In this document: positions 1-9,200 of the stretch, in pieces | Layout of the letters: the number at the start of each line of letters is the position of its first letter | Numbering within the stretch: the first letter of the stretch is position 1 | NCBI GenBank assembly: GCA_046757665.1 | Contig: JBHHYO010000056.1 | Coordinates: 1-17,823 of the forward strand | Source: Nitrospinales bacterium | Lineage (GTDB): Bacteria; Nitrospinota; Nitrospinia; Nitrospinales; JAJDAT01 | Direction: 5' to 3' | Length of the DNA stretch: 17,823 nucleotides | Program-made: the position numbers and the translations under genes | The notes under the pieces: generated by a model | The model's input: the letters and a program-made list of their open reading frames with translations, nothing else | Databases searched by the model: none | Told to the model about the DNA's origin: nothing

Positions 1-185
1 TCTTCACAGACTAATTTGGGGTCATATTCACCGATTTGGGATCTTGATTCTCGCTTATGAAGATTGGCTGGTATGATATGAATAGGCCCCTCTTGTTTTA
101 TTAGTGGACCCCAAAAACACCTTGGGATGATATGGGCTTTTATTAATTCCTTTTCTTCAAGGCAAAATTTGCATTTTTTTTTCAT
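1..185 (-). CDS. 5' part of a zinc-binding HNH-like protein (runs off the left edge)
   Basis: Hand translation from ATG at 185-183, open to the edge: MKKKCKFCLEEKELIKAHIIPRCFWGPLIKQEGPIHIIPANLHKRESRSQIGEYDPKLVCE. CxxC-x9-HIIP...LVC pattern typical of HNH-like Zn-binding proteins; AT-rich; not in the ORF track. Confidence 0.7.
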   Translation of the reverse strand, partial: MKKKCKFCLEEKELIKAHIIPRCFWGPLIKQEGPIHIIPANLHKRESRSQIGEYDPKLVCE

Positions 186-354
186 TTCAAAATTTTCAGG
201 ATACAGTGATAGCGGGGTAGCAAATTGGTCTCGGACTGTTGCCGGGAGCGGGTTTTGATGATTTTACCATCCTTCGATGCGCTTGGGTGGAAAACCTGCC
301 GTTGCGCCGAGTCTGCATTGCGTTCGAGGGGTGTCGAAGCATGATCCTTAAGCC

Positions 355-1221
355 ATGACCACTTTCCCGGAACAGTTGAAGATTATTTTTGCCGACATCA
401 AGATTCAGCATACGGTGTTTGCGTTGCCGTTTGCTTTGATGAGCGCGTTTCTGGCGGCGGGGGGTCTGCCGGATTCGGAAACGTTGTTCTGGATCGTCGT
501 GGCGATGTTTGGCGGGCGTAGCGCCGCCATGGCGTTCAACCGCATCGTCGATGCAAAATACGACAAGCTCAACCCGCGCACCGAGAACCGCGCGTTGCCC
601 TCCGGCAGGGTGAGTGTCGGCCGGTACTGGGTGTTTCTGATCGCCTCTTCCCTGTTACTGGTGCTGGCCGCCGCCATGCTGAACCGGCTGGCGCTTTATC
701 TCTCGCCGCTGGCGCTGGCGCTGGTTTTCTTTTATTCGCTGACCAAGCGGTTCACCGCGTATTCGCATCTTTTTCTGGGACTGGCGCTTGCCGTGGCCCC
801 CGTCGGCGCGTGGGTGGCGGTGCGTGAGGAAATTTCTCCTGCCGCGCTCCTGCTCGGCGCGGCGGTCGTTTTCTGGCTCGCCGGATTCGATATCATTTAC
901 GCCTGCCAGGACGTGGAATCCGACCGGCGCAACCGGTTGCGTTCGCTCCCCGCGGCTCTGGGCGTCGCCCGCGCCCTGATGCTGGCGCGTTTCTTTCATG
1001 CGGTCATGGTGGGGATGCTTTTACTGCTTCTCCCGGCGTTTCCCCTGTTGGGAAACCTTTATCTGGCGGGGGTGGTCCTGGTGGCGGGCTTGCTGGCTTA
1101 CGAGCACTCGCTGGTGAGAAGCGACGACTTGTCGAAGGTCAACATCGCCTTCTTCAACGTCAACGGCGTTATCGGCGTTTTGTTGATGGCCCTGGTTATT
1201 GCGGATTGCATCTGGGTTTAG
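355..1221 (+). CDS. ubiA: UbiA-family polyprenyltransferase (MqnP-like)
   Basis: 288-aa multi-TM protein with HTVFALPFA, RSAAMAFNRIVD, NPRTENRALP, FDIIYACQD and AFFNVNG motifs. Confidence 0.92.
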   Translation: MTTFPEQLKIIFADIKIQHTVFALPFALMSAFLAAGGLPDSETLFWIVVAMFGGRSAAMAFNRIVDAKYDKLNPRTENRALPSGRVSVGRYWVFLIASSLLLVLAAAMLNRLALYLSPLALALVFFYSLTKRFTAYSHLFLGLALAVAPVGAWVAVREEISPAALLLGAAVVFWLAGFDIIYACQDVESDRRNRLRSLPAALGVARALMLARFFHAVMVGMLLLLLPAFPLLGNLYLAGVVLVAGLLAYEHSLVRSDDLSKVNIAFFNVNGVIGVLLMALVIADCIWV

Positions 1222-2119
1222 CGTGTTGTAGCGCCTCTGCCTGCCGGTCGGCGTGGTAGGAGCTTCGCACCAGAGGGCCTGCCTCGACGTGCTCCAGGCC
1301 GAGCGACTCGCCGAGTTCCCGGTACTCCCGGAACACCTCCGGGCGGATGAATTGCGTCACCTCGACATGCTTCTTTGATGGTCGCAGGTATTGCCCCAGG
1401 GACAGGATTTTGCATCCGGCGCTTGCCAGGTCGCGCATGGTTTGCGTGACTTCCTGTTTTGTTTCTCCCAATCCGAGCATCAACCCGCTTTTGGTATTGA
1501 GGCCGAATTGCCGCCGGGCGATTTCCAGAGTTTTCAAGGACCAGCGGTAGCGGCATTGCGGACGGATTTTCGTTTGCAGGGAGGCGACGGTTTCCACGTT
1601 GTGGGCCAGGATGTCGGGCGCCGTTTCGCAGACCGTTGCGATGGCGTCCCGTTCGCCGCGAAAATCGGGGATGAGGGCTTCCACTTTCATGGCGGGGCAT
1701 TTTTCCCGGATGGCCCGGATGACGCGGGCCCAATGACCGGCGCCGCCGTCGGCCAGGTCGTCCCGGTCCACCGAGGTGATCACGGCGTAGTGTAGCGGCA
1801 GTTGCGACAGCATCTCGCCGACTTCCTCCGGCTCATCGACGCGGGGCGGCGCGGGCCGCCCGGTCGGCACGTCGCAAAACCCGCAGGCGCGGGTGCAACG
1901 GTCGCCCAGAATCATCAGGGTCAACGTCCCCGAATTCCAGCAGGGACCGATGTTGGGACAGGAAGCCGATTCGCAAACCGTGTGCAGGCCGTGCTTGCGG
2001 ACCAGGGCGCGCAACCGCCGATAGCTTTCCCCGCCGGGTAGCGGCACTTTCAGCCAATCGGGCAACCGCCGGCGCGGCGCGGCGCGTTCGCGTTCAAATG
2101 AAATGTCTTTATGTTCCAT
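1196..2119 (-). CDS. lipA: Lipoyl synthase (radical SAM)
   Basis: CESASCPNIGPC (CX4CX5C), CTRACGFC (CX3CX2C), ITSVDRDDL, HNVETV, KSGLMLGLGE, GQYLRPS, GPLVRSSYHA. Start placed at ATG 2119 (MEHKDISF, 307 aa); the upstream part of ORF 1196..2635 is antisense to lptF. Confidence 0.95.
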   Translation of the reverse strand: MEHKDISFERERAAPRRRLPDWLKVPLPGGESYRRLRALVRKHGLHTVCESASCPNIGPCWNSGTLTLMILGDRCTRACGFCDVPTGRPAPPRVDEPEEVGEMLSQLPLHYAVITSVDRDDLADGGAGHWARVIRAIREKCPAMKVEALIPDFRGERDAIATVCETAPDILAHNVETVASLQTKIRPQCRYRWSLKTLEIARRQFGLNTKSGLMLGLGETKQEVTQTMRDLASAGCKILSLGQYLRPSKKHVEVTQFIRPEVFREYRELGESLGLEHVEAGPLVRSSYHADRQAEALQHAKPRCNPQ

Positions 2120-2209
2120 GAATTTGATGTTATTTTTCAATGAGGGTCGTTGCGCGGCGGCCCGCCAAGCCTTGTCCCGAATGGTATCATGAGGGCCTTC
2201 TAAAAAATA

Positions 2210-3520
2210 ATGAAAACCATCGACCGCTACATTTTCTGGGAACTGCTGAAAATTTTCATCATCAGCGTCGGCGTCCTGACCACCATTCTGTTCTTGGATA
2301 AGATCCTTTTCCTTACGGAATTGATCATCAACAAGGGCGTTTCGTTCATTGAGGTGGTACGGATGATGGTGTATATTTCCCCGGCTTTCCTGGCGCTGAC
2401 CATTCCCATGAGTGTCCTGGTGGCGTCGGTTGCGGCGTTCAACCAGTTGTCCGGCGAAAATGAGCTGGTGGCGATGAAGGCCAGTGGCTGGAGCTTTATG
2501 AAAATCCTGAGGCCCGTGTTGATTTTCTCGGTCATGACTTATATCATCACGAACTTCATCATGTTTTTCGCGCTTCCGTGGGGCAACCAGTCCTTCAAGC
2601 AGATCATTTACGATATCGTCCAGAACCGCGCCCATTTCGATATCAGGCCGAACGTTTTCAACCGGGACTTTGACCGCCTGCTCCTGTTCGTCGGAGAAAA
2701 AGAAGACGAAAATTCGATGAAAAATATTTTCATCGCGGACACCCTGGCCTCGGATGTTCCCAAAATCATTCTTGCCGAGGAGGGAACCATTCTGTCCAAC
2801 CCGGAGATTTTAAAAATACAGTTGAAACTTAAAAACGGCACCATTCACGACCTCAGCGAAAAGCGCAAGCATTACCAGATTCTCAATTTCGACCGCTACG
2901 ATTTAAACCTGGACCTGCCGCGGCGGCAGGACTTGCAAAAACGCCTGGCAAAGGGCAACCGGGAACTCTCCTTCGGCGAGTTGGCGGCAAAGATCGAGCG
3001 GCTGAAGAAAGCCGGAAAGAAAGCATTTAAGGAAGAAGTGGAAATAAGCAAGAAATTCTCCATCCCCTTCACGTGCCTGCTGTTCGGTTTCGTGGGGGCG
3101 CCGCTGGGCGTCAAATCCAGCCGCTCCGGGAGGTCGGGCGGTTTTGTCATCAGCCTCATCGTGATCCTCGTTTATTATATGGGACTGATTTCCATGCAGA
3201 ACCTTGGTAGCGTCGGCAAGGTCCATCCCCTCTTGTCGGTTTGGGCGCCCAATGTTCTTCTCGCCGCGGTGGCGGCATACCTGATTTACAAAACGCACAA
3301 GGAGATTCCCTTCCGGATGATCAACTGGGTGGAAGACGGGTTCATTATCACGTATGAAGTTCTCCGGCGGTGGTATTTGAGGTGGTTTGTAAAAAGCGAA
3401 TCCACGACGTCGGCGCATATTGTAGGAAAAGCGCAGAGAAATATCGACGAAGCGGCGCGGACGATTTTGAAAAGCAAGATGCAAAAAATAGAAACGGGCA
3501 AACTTCCCCGCCGCACTTGA
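2210..3520 (+). CDS. lptF: LptF/LptG-family LPS export ABC permease, most like LptF
   Basis: MKTIDRYIFWELL start, LTIPMSVL, LSGENELVAMKASGWS, periplasmic domain, KKFSIPFTCLLFGFVGAPLG, WAPN in the last TM. Confidence 0.85.
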   Translation: MKTIDRYIFWELLKIFIISVGVLTTILFLDKILFLTELIINKGVSFIEVVRMMVYISPAFLALTIPMSVLVASVAAFNQLSGENELVAMKASGWSFMKILRPVLIFSVMTYIITNFIMFFALPWGNQSFKQIIYDIVQNRAHFDIRPNVFNRDFDRLLLFVGEKEDENSMKNIFIADTLASDVPKIILAEEGTILSNPEILKIQLKLKNGTIHDLSEKRKHYQILNFDRYDLNLDLPRRQDLQKRLAKGNRELSFGELAAKIERLKKAGKKAFKEEVEISKKFSIPFTCLLFGFVGAPLGVKSSRSGRSGGFVISLIVILVYYMGLISMQNLGSVGKVHPLLSVWAPNVLLAAVAAYLIYKTHKEIPFRMINWVEDGFIITYEVLRRWYLRWFVKSESTTSAHIVGKAQRNIDEAARTILKSKMQKIETGKLPRRT

Positions 3521-3570
3521 TCAGTTGCCGAAAAACAACCCTGCCGCCGGCAGGTTGAAAGGAGACCGCC

Positions 3571-4023
3571 ATGCTCACCGCAAGGAATATCATGTCCGAA
3601 GATGTCGTCACCATCAAAAAGGATGCGTCGATCGACGAGTTGGCCGCCATGTTCATAAAACATAAGGTCAATGGAATTCCTGTTGTCGGCGACGCGGATG
3701 AGGTCATCGGCATCGTTACCGAGGGCGACCTGATCGAGCAAAACAAGAATTTGCATATCCCCACGGTGATCACCCTGTTCGATGCGGTGATCTTTCTCGA
3801 GAGCAATAAAAAATTCGAGGCTGAGATGAAAAAACTGGCCGCGACGAAAGTGGGGGACATCTGCCAGTTCAAGGTGGTTACCGTCAGCCCGGACGAACCC
3901 GTCGCCCGCGTCGCCGCGATCATGGCCGACGAAAACATTCACACGCTTCCCGTGGTGGAGAACGGGAAGTTGGCCGGAGTCATCGGCAAACTGGATGTAA
4001 TAAAAGCCATGAGCCACAATTGA
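3571..4023 (+). CDS. CBS-pair (Bateman) domain protein
   Basis: ARNIMSEDVVTI, GIPVV..VIGIVTEGDL, TLPVV..LAGVIGKLDV; AAGGAG RBS upstream. Confidence 0.9.
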   Translation: MLTARNIMSEDVVTIKKDASIDELAAMFIKHKVNGIPVVGDADEVIGIVTEGDLIEQNKNLHIPTVITLFDAVIFLESNKKFEAEMKKLAATKVGDICQFKVVTVSPDEPVARVAAIMADENIHTLPVVENGKLAGVIGKLDVIKAMSHN

Positions 4024-4161
4024 AATTCCACCCGCCCGGTGGCCTTGTATTTTCGCTTCATAAAAAAGAATCCGCTTCCTTCGACCGCGCATCTCTACTT
4101 TAAAGGTAATTGGGGAGGGGGAGTCCTGCCCCGTCCCTCATGATTATGTCAACGGAGGAGA

Positions 4162-4560
4162 ATGACAATGGACGAGATCGGCGATTACATGAGTTCTCCG
4201 GTTTTAAATATAGATGCCGAATCCAGTGTTCAGGAAGCCGGACAATACATGCGGGCTAACGGAGTGGGGTCCTTGCTGGTCAATGACTTTGGCGAGTTTG
4301 TGGGAATGATTACGGAAACGGATTTGACGCGGCGCGTGATCGCAAAAGGCTTGAATCCGGAAACCACGAAAGTTGCCGATGTCATGACCAAACCGGTTCT
4401 TTCGATGGATCGTTATCTTCCCGTGGACCAGGCGAATGAATTCATGTGCAAACATAAAATTCGCCATCTTGCGGTTACCGAGGAAGACAAGATTGTCGGG
4501 ATCATATCGGTCAAGAATCTCGTTTCGTATTACGCCAAATCGTTTCGCATGGCAGAGTAG
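4162..4560 (+). CDS. CBS-pair domain protein
   Basis: IGDYMSSPV, VGSLLV..VGMITETDL, IRHLAV..IVGIISVKNL; GGAGGA RBS upstream. Confidence 0.9.
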   Translation: MTMDEIGDYMSSPVLNIDAESSVQEAGQYMRANGVGSLLVNDFGEFVGMITETDLTRRVIAKGLNPETTKVADVMTKPVLSMDRYLPVDQANEFMCKHKIRHLAVTEEDKIVGIISVKNLVSYYAKSFRMAE

Positions 4561-4585
4561 GGCCTTTCCCCGCCGGACCGGCAAC

Positions 4586-5332
4586 TCAGGGGATATCTTT
4601 TTTCTTCACTGCAATGGCCTGCTTTTTAAGGGAAGCTTCCGCCTGCTGTAAGTAGTTTGTTGCGGCTTTGAAATTGGGATTGATCTTCAGCGCCTTATTG
4701 AAGTCAACGACGGCTTGCTGGTATTGGCCGAGGGTCATGTGCACGACGCCCATATTGGTGAAGGCTTCATAAAACTTGGGGTTGATGGCCGTGGCCGTGT
4801 TGAAATGAGCCAGGGCCAGATCGTAGTTGCCGCTGGTGAAGGCCTCGACGCCCATTCCGTTGAGATCGAATTCCGAATATCTTCTTTTCTCGGGCGGAAA
4901 GATCGTTCGCGGGCGCGCACTCCACCGAGCGGCGGCGAGGTTTGCGGTGCGCATATCGGCGGCTTTTGCCCCGACAAATTCCAGCTGTTTAAACAACTTG
5001 CGGTTGGCGTTCAGCAGAGCCGCCTGCTCTTTCTTCAGGGCCTGAATTTTTTTCCGGTTTTCCTGAAGCTCGTCCATCATGTTTTGCTGTCTGCCGGACA
5101 GGGAAATCACCTCCGGTTCTTTATTGAAAAGCGGGTTGATTTCCTTGCTGATGAACCGGTTGTCACATCCCGAAAAAAACGTCAGAACAAAAATCAGCGC
5201 CGCCGGAGAGAGCCCGCGATGGCAGGAATGAAATCCGCTTCGGCAAACACGCGCTCCGGCGCTTGCGGAGCCGGTGGTTGGCGGATTAAAAAGTGAAACG
5301 GTATTTGTTGAACAGCTCCAGAGTGACCTCAT
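4586..5332 (-). CDS. TPR-repeat protein with coiled coil, probable lipoprotein (start uncertain)
   Basis: Hydrophobic stretch ending in lipobox-like FSGC (Cys 5167-5165), coiled-coil segment, C-terminal TPRs (GNYDLALAHFNTATAINP; AFTNMGVVHMTLGQYQQAVVDFNKALKINP). Nearest in-frame ATG upstream of the lipobox (5332) lies inside the preceding gene. Confidence 0.7.
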   Translation of the reverse strand: MRSLWSCSTNTVSLFNPPTTGSASAGARVCRSGFHSCHRGLSPAALIFVLTFFSGCDNRFISKEINPLFNKEPEVISLSGRQQNMMDELQENRKKIQALKKEQAALLNANRKLFKQLEFVGAKAADMRTANLAAARWSARPRTIFPPEKRRYSEFDLNGMGVEAFTSGNYDLALAHFNTATAINPKFYEAFTNMGVVHMTLGQYQQAVVDFNKALKINPNFKAATNYLQQAEASLKKQAIAVKKKDIP

Positions 5333-6116
5333 TGAGTCCTTCTTTTTCGACTTGTTGTTCAATGCGTTTGACGGCCATGTCGCGGATAAAGGGGATGGGA
5401 ATACGCATGACCTTGGTCAGGGCGTCGGGGTGCCATTGGAGGGAGGTTTCCGGCGCCGCGTCCGCGGTGGCTTCGTTTTCGATATCGCGTTGCTTGTCTT
5501 CCTCGGTCACTTTCATTCCCATCGCTTCCTTGGCCGAGGCGGGCATGATGTTGGTGAACACTTCCGAGATGATTTCCGGAGTGACCATTTTATCGCCCCG
5601 CTGTCTGGCGCGGGCCTCGATGGTTTGTTTGGCCATTCCCAGAACGAAGGGCGGAACCTTCTCCATTTTTTCCAGCGCTTCCTTGCTCCAGGCCATCCCG
5701 CGCGCCGGAGCGACGTCCATGTAGGACTTGAATTTCTGAATGATGTCGTCTTTCTTTTGAGTGCGCTGGTCGAGGAAGTCCTCGATTTCTTCAATCACTT
5801 CCAGTTTGCGCGGGCTTCCCTTCATCTTCTTTTTCGCCTCTTCAAACGCGCCCATGGACAACTCTTCAAATCCGAATTGCTTGACCCGCTTGGAGACCAG
5901 CATCATGGACTCGTTGCGGATTTCGGTCAGAAAATCGGAGGTGATGTATTTGTAACCCCGCATCACGGCGCGTTGCACCATGAGTTTTTTGATGCCGGGA
6001 CGGACGAACTCCGGAGCGTGCTTGACCCGCTCCCAGGCCTCGAGTTTCCATTCCACACCGTTTTCCCGGGCGTAGGCATGTTCGATGATTTCTTGCTGAT
6101 TTTGTTCCTGAGGCAT
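5286..6116 (-). CDS. Protein with three PCP_red-like (BchB/ChlB C-terminal type) repeats
   Basis: Three W-x3-A...P-x-F-[VI]...G...[IV]T units: WKLEAWERVKHAPEFVRPG..GYKYIT; WSKEALEKMEKVPPFVLGM..GDKMVT; WHPDALTKVMRIPIPFIRDM..GLNEVT. GGAG RBS upstream. Confidence 0.8.
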   Translation of the reverse strand: MPQEQNQQEIIEHAYARENGVEWKLEAWERVKHAPEFVRPGIKKLMVQRAVMRGYKYITSDFLTEIRNESMMLVSKRVKQFGFEELSMGAFEEAKKKMKGSPRKLEVIEEIEDFLDQRTQKKDDIIQKFKSYMDVAPARGMAWSKEALEKMEKVPPFVLGMAKQTIEARARQRGDKMVTPEIISEVFTNIMPASAKEAMGMKVTEEDKQRDIENEATADAAPETSLQWHPDALTKVMRIPIPFIRDMAVKRIEQQVEKEGLNEVTLELFNKYRFTF

Positions 6117-6145
6117 GGACTGCTCCGTTTTTTCCCTACAAATAA

Positions 6146-6174
6146 AAATTACTTGAACTGCGGGATGATGTCAA
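6146..6174 (-). promoter_or_regulatory. Putative sigma70 promoter for the PCP_red-repeat gene
   Basis: Minus strand TTGACA (6174-6169), 17-nt spacer, TAATTT (6151-6146), about 30 nt upstream of ATG 6116. Confidence 0.55.
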
Positions 6175-6216
6175 TTATTTTAAAAATTTCAATCTGTTAA
6201 CATCCACCGAAAACTC

Positions 6217-9200
6217 ATGCGCCGCTCTCCGACAGTTTACATCCTTTTTTTGCTTTCCGGCATCTCCGCGCTGATGTACGAGATTGTCTGGGGCCGAATG
6301 CTGGCTCTGGTCTTTGGCCATACGGTGTTTTCCGTTGCGGTCGTTCTTGCGGCTTTCATGGCGGGGCTGGGGCTTGGAAGCTATCTGTGGGGCGGCTCCA
6401 TCGACCGGTGGAAAAACCCCTTGCTCGTTTACGGCAAAATCGAGATTCTGATTTCCGTCAGTTGCCTGGCGCTTTCCCTGTTGTTTGCCCATTTCGCCGC
6501 CGTGTATTCCTGGCTGGCGTTTTGGTTGCCGGAGCATCCGGCGGTTCAAAACCTGACAAAGACGGTTCTGGCGTTTTTGCTGATGATGCCGCCGACGACG
6601 CTGATGGGCGCCACGCTTCCCGTGATCAGCAAGTATTTCGTTACCAATGACCCAAAGCTCGGTAGCCAGGTGGGGTATTTGTATGCCATCAATACGCTGG
6701 GAGCGGTTTGCGGCGGCGTGCTCACGGGGTTTGTGTTGATCAGTGCTTTCGGCATGTTGCAGACTCTCCTGCTGGCTTCCGCCATTAACCTGTTTGCGGG
6801 GGTCGGCGCCCTGCGTATTTATCAGGAGGCCGGGGACGGCCCGCCGGTGGATTACAAATTTCCCTGGCCCGCCTGGCGTCCCATCGAGTGGAGCCCGCGG
6901 GGCAAGCTCTGGGTGACCGTGAGTTTTGTCTCCGGTTTTACCGCGCTGGCCTACGAAGTGATTTGGACCCGCCTGCTGGTGTTCAGCATCGCCGGTACGG
7001 TTTATTCGTTCAGCATGATGCTGGCGGTGTTTCTATTGGGAATCGCGCTGGGCAGTCTGCTGGCGGTCCCCCTGTTGAAACGGTGCGCCGATCTCCGGGC
7101 GGCGCTCGTGTTTCTTCAAGCCGGAATCGGACTGTCCGTTCTGGTGACCCTGTACCTGGTAAACGATATCCTGTCGCCGCCGTGGAACAGTTACAACTTG
7201 CAGGAACCCGTTCGCGTTTTTCTGAGGTACTTCAAGGATTCCGCCGCCCTGATGCTGGCGCCGACGCTGTTTTTTGGCGCGAGCTTTCCCATTCTGACAA
7301 AGATTCTGGCCGGCGATCATTCCCATGTGGGGCGCGGCACGGGACAGAACTACGCTTTCAACACCTTGGGGGCCATCCTGGGGTCCCTTGTTGCGGGCTT
7401 TCTGCTCCTGCCGGCGCTGGGAAGCCAGAACAGCCTGATGGCGCTGGCCGTCGTCAATATGCTTGCGGCGATTTTGCTCTTCGGTTCGGGAAACTATCTG
7501 ACCGCTCCGGCGCGCCGGGGGCTGGCATTGGTTTTGGCGGGAGTTGTCCTGACGCTTCCGGCGGCCGTGCCCGGCGGCCTGCTGGATCATTTTTTTATGC
7601 GCGACAGCGTCGGCAAGCGCGACAGCAAAAAACTGCTTTATTTTAATGAAGGCCTGACGGTCACGGTCGCCGTGTTCCGCGACAATTACGGCATTCTGGA
7701 CCCGGAGGCCAAACGGCTGGTCACGAACGGCATTTCCATGTCCGCCTCGAACAAGGTCGCCAGCCGTTACATGAAACTGTTCGCGCATGTGCCGGTTTTG
7801 CTGGCGGAACAACAGCCGGAAGAGGTTCTGGTCATCTGTTTCGGAACGGGCCAGACCGCCGGCGCCGCCGCCGTTCATCCTTCGGTGCGTTCCGTGGAAG
7901 CGCTCGACCTTTCCCCGGGCGTGGTGCATTCCGGAACCGTTTTTGCCCGCGAAAATCACGCGGTCCTCGACAACCCCAAGGTCAAGGTTATCTTGCAGGA
8001 CGGCCGCAATCACCTTCTGGTGACGCGGAAACAATATGATGTCATCACCGCCGAGCCGCCGCCGCCACGAACCGCCTTTACCGTGAATCTCTACACCAGG
8101 GAATATTACGAACTCACCAGGAAACGCTTGAAACCGGGAGGCATCGTCGCCCAATGGGTCCCCCTGCACAGCCAGAGCGAAAAAGAGGTTTTGATGCATT
8201 TTCGCACGTTCCACGACGTGTTTCCCTACGTCATGGGCTGGATGTCGGTGGCGAACGAAATCCTGCTGATCGGCTCCGACCGTCCGATCGTTCCGGATGT
8301 TCAAAAAATAAAACGGCGGTTGCAAGACCCCGGCGTGCGCCGTGCCCTGGCCGATATCGAAATCCATAATGTTTATTCGTTTCTCGGCAATATCTGGTTC
8401 CTGGAGGACCAAATCGAAAAGCTCTCAGCCGGGCAACCCGCCATAACCGACAACCGGCCCAGCATCGAGTTTTATCTGCAATTCCCCGGCGCGATCCAAA
8501 CCGCGGGTTTGGAGAAGTTCGTGTTCAATCGCGCACCGTTTGAGGAGGTGGCCCATCGAATCGCCAACCTGACCGAAGACGGCCGGAAACGGCTTAAAGC
8601 CTATTACGAGGCCATGGATTTCTATCAGCGCGGGGTGATGTACGGCAACAACAAAATCCTTCTCGAAGCCGTTGCCCGGGTGGAGGACAACAACCTGTTT
8701 CGTTACCATCTGCAAGCCGGAGAGGAGCAGATGGCGCGCTTGCAACGCCGCGCCGCGGACGATCCGAACAACGCGGAGGCTCTCCTGAACCTGGGACATG
8801 CCTTTTTTCAGTTGGGAAAGTATGAGGAAAGCCTGAAGGCGCTACGGCAAGTCGGCGGCACGGACCCCCGGAAGAATCTCGGAAACGTGTACATGGGTTA
8901 CGACTATATGGAAATGGGACAGCGGACGAAGGCGAAATCTTATTTCGAATCCGCCGTCAGGGAAAACCCCAGGCTTATGAGAAGCATGATGCAGGAAATC
9001 GCCCTCATCGACCTGTTGAACAAACTGGAGGAAGATCCGGAAAATCCCGGCCTGGCCAACGCCGCGGCGCAGTTTTTTAATATGAAAAACGATTTTGCAA
9101 AATCCCTGAAATTCTCCCTGGCTGTGTTGGCTGAACACCCGATGGACCGGCAGGCCCTGAAAAACATTATCTTCAGTTATCGCGGGCTGGGCGAGCCCGG

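Noticed and set aside
196-411. 71-aa minus-strand ORF
   Set aside because: Overlaps the ubiA start, has no motifs, and spans a probable divergent promoter region.
1196-1221. 26-nt convergent overlap of ubiA and lipA
   Set aside because: Real but commonplace; nothing suggests a function.
2120-2635. 172-aa N-terminal extension of LipA in the ORF track
   Set aside because: Mostly antisense to lptF; LipA similarity begins only after ATG 2119.
7033-8412. 459-aa minus-strand ORF (likewise 5274..6200, 12568..13515, 13570..14412, 3286..4092)
   Set aside because: Antisense shadows of well-supported genes in GC-rich DNA, with no recognisable motifs.
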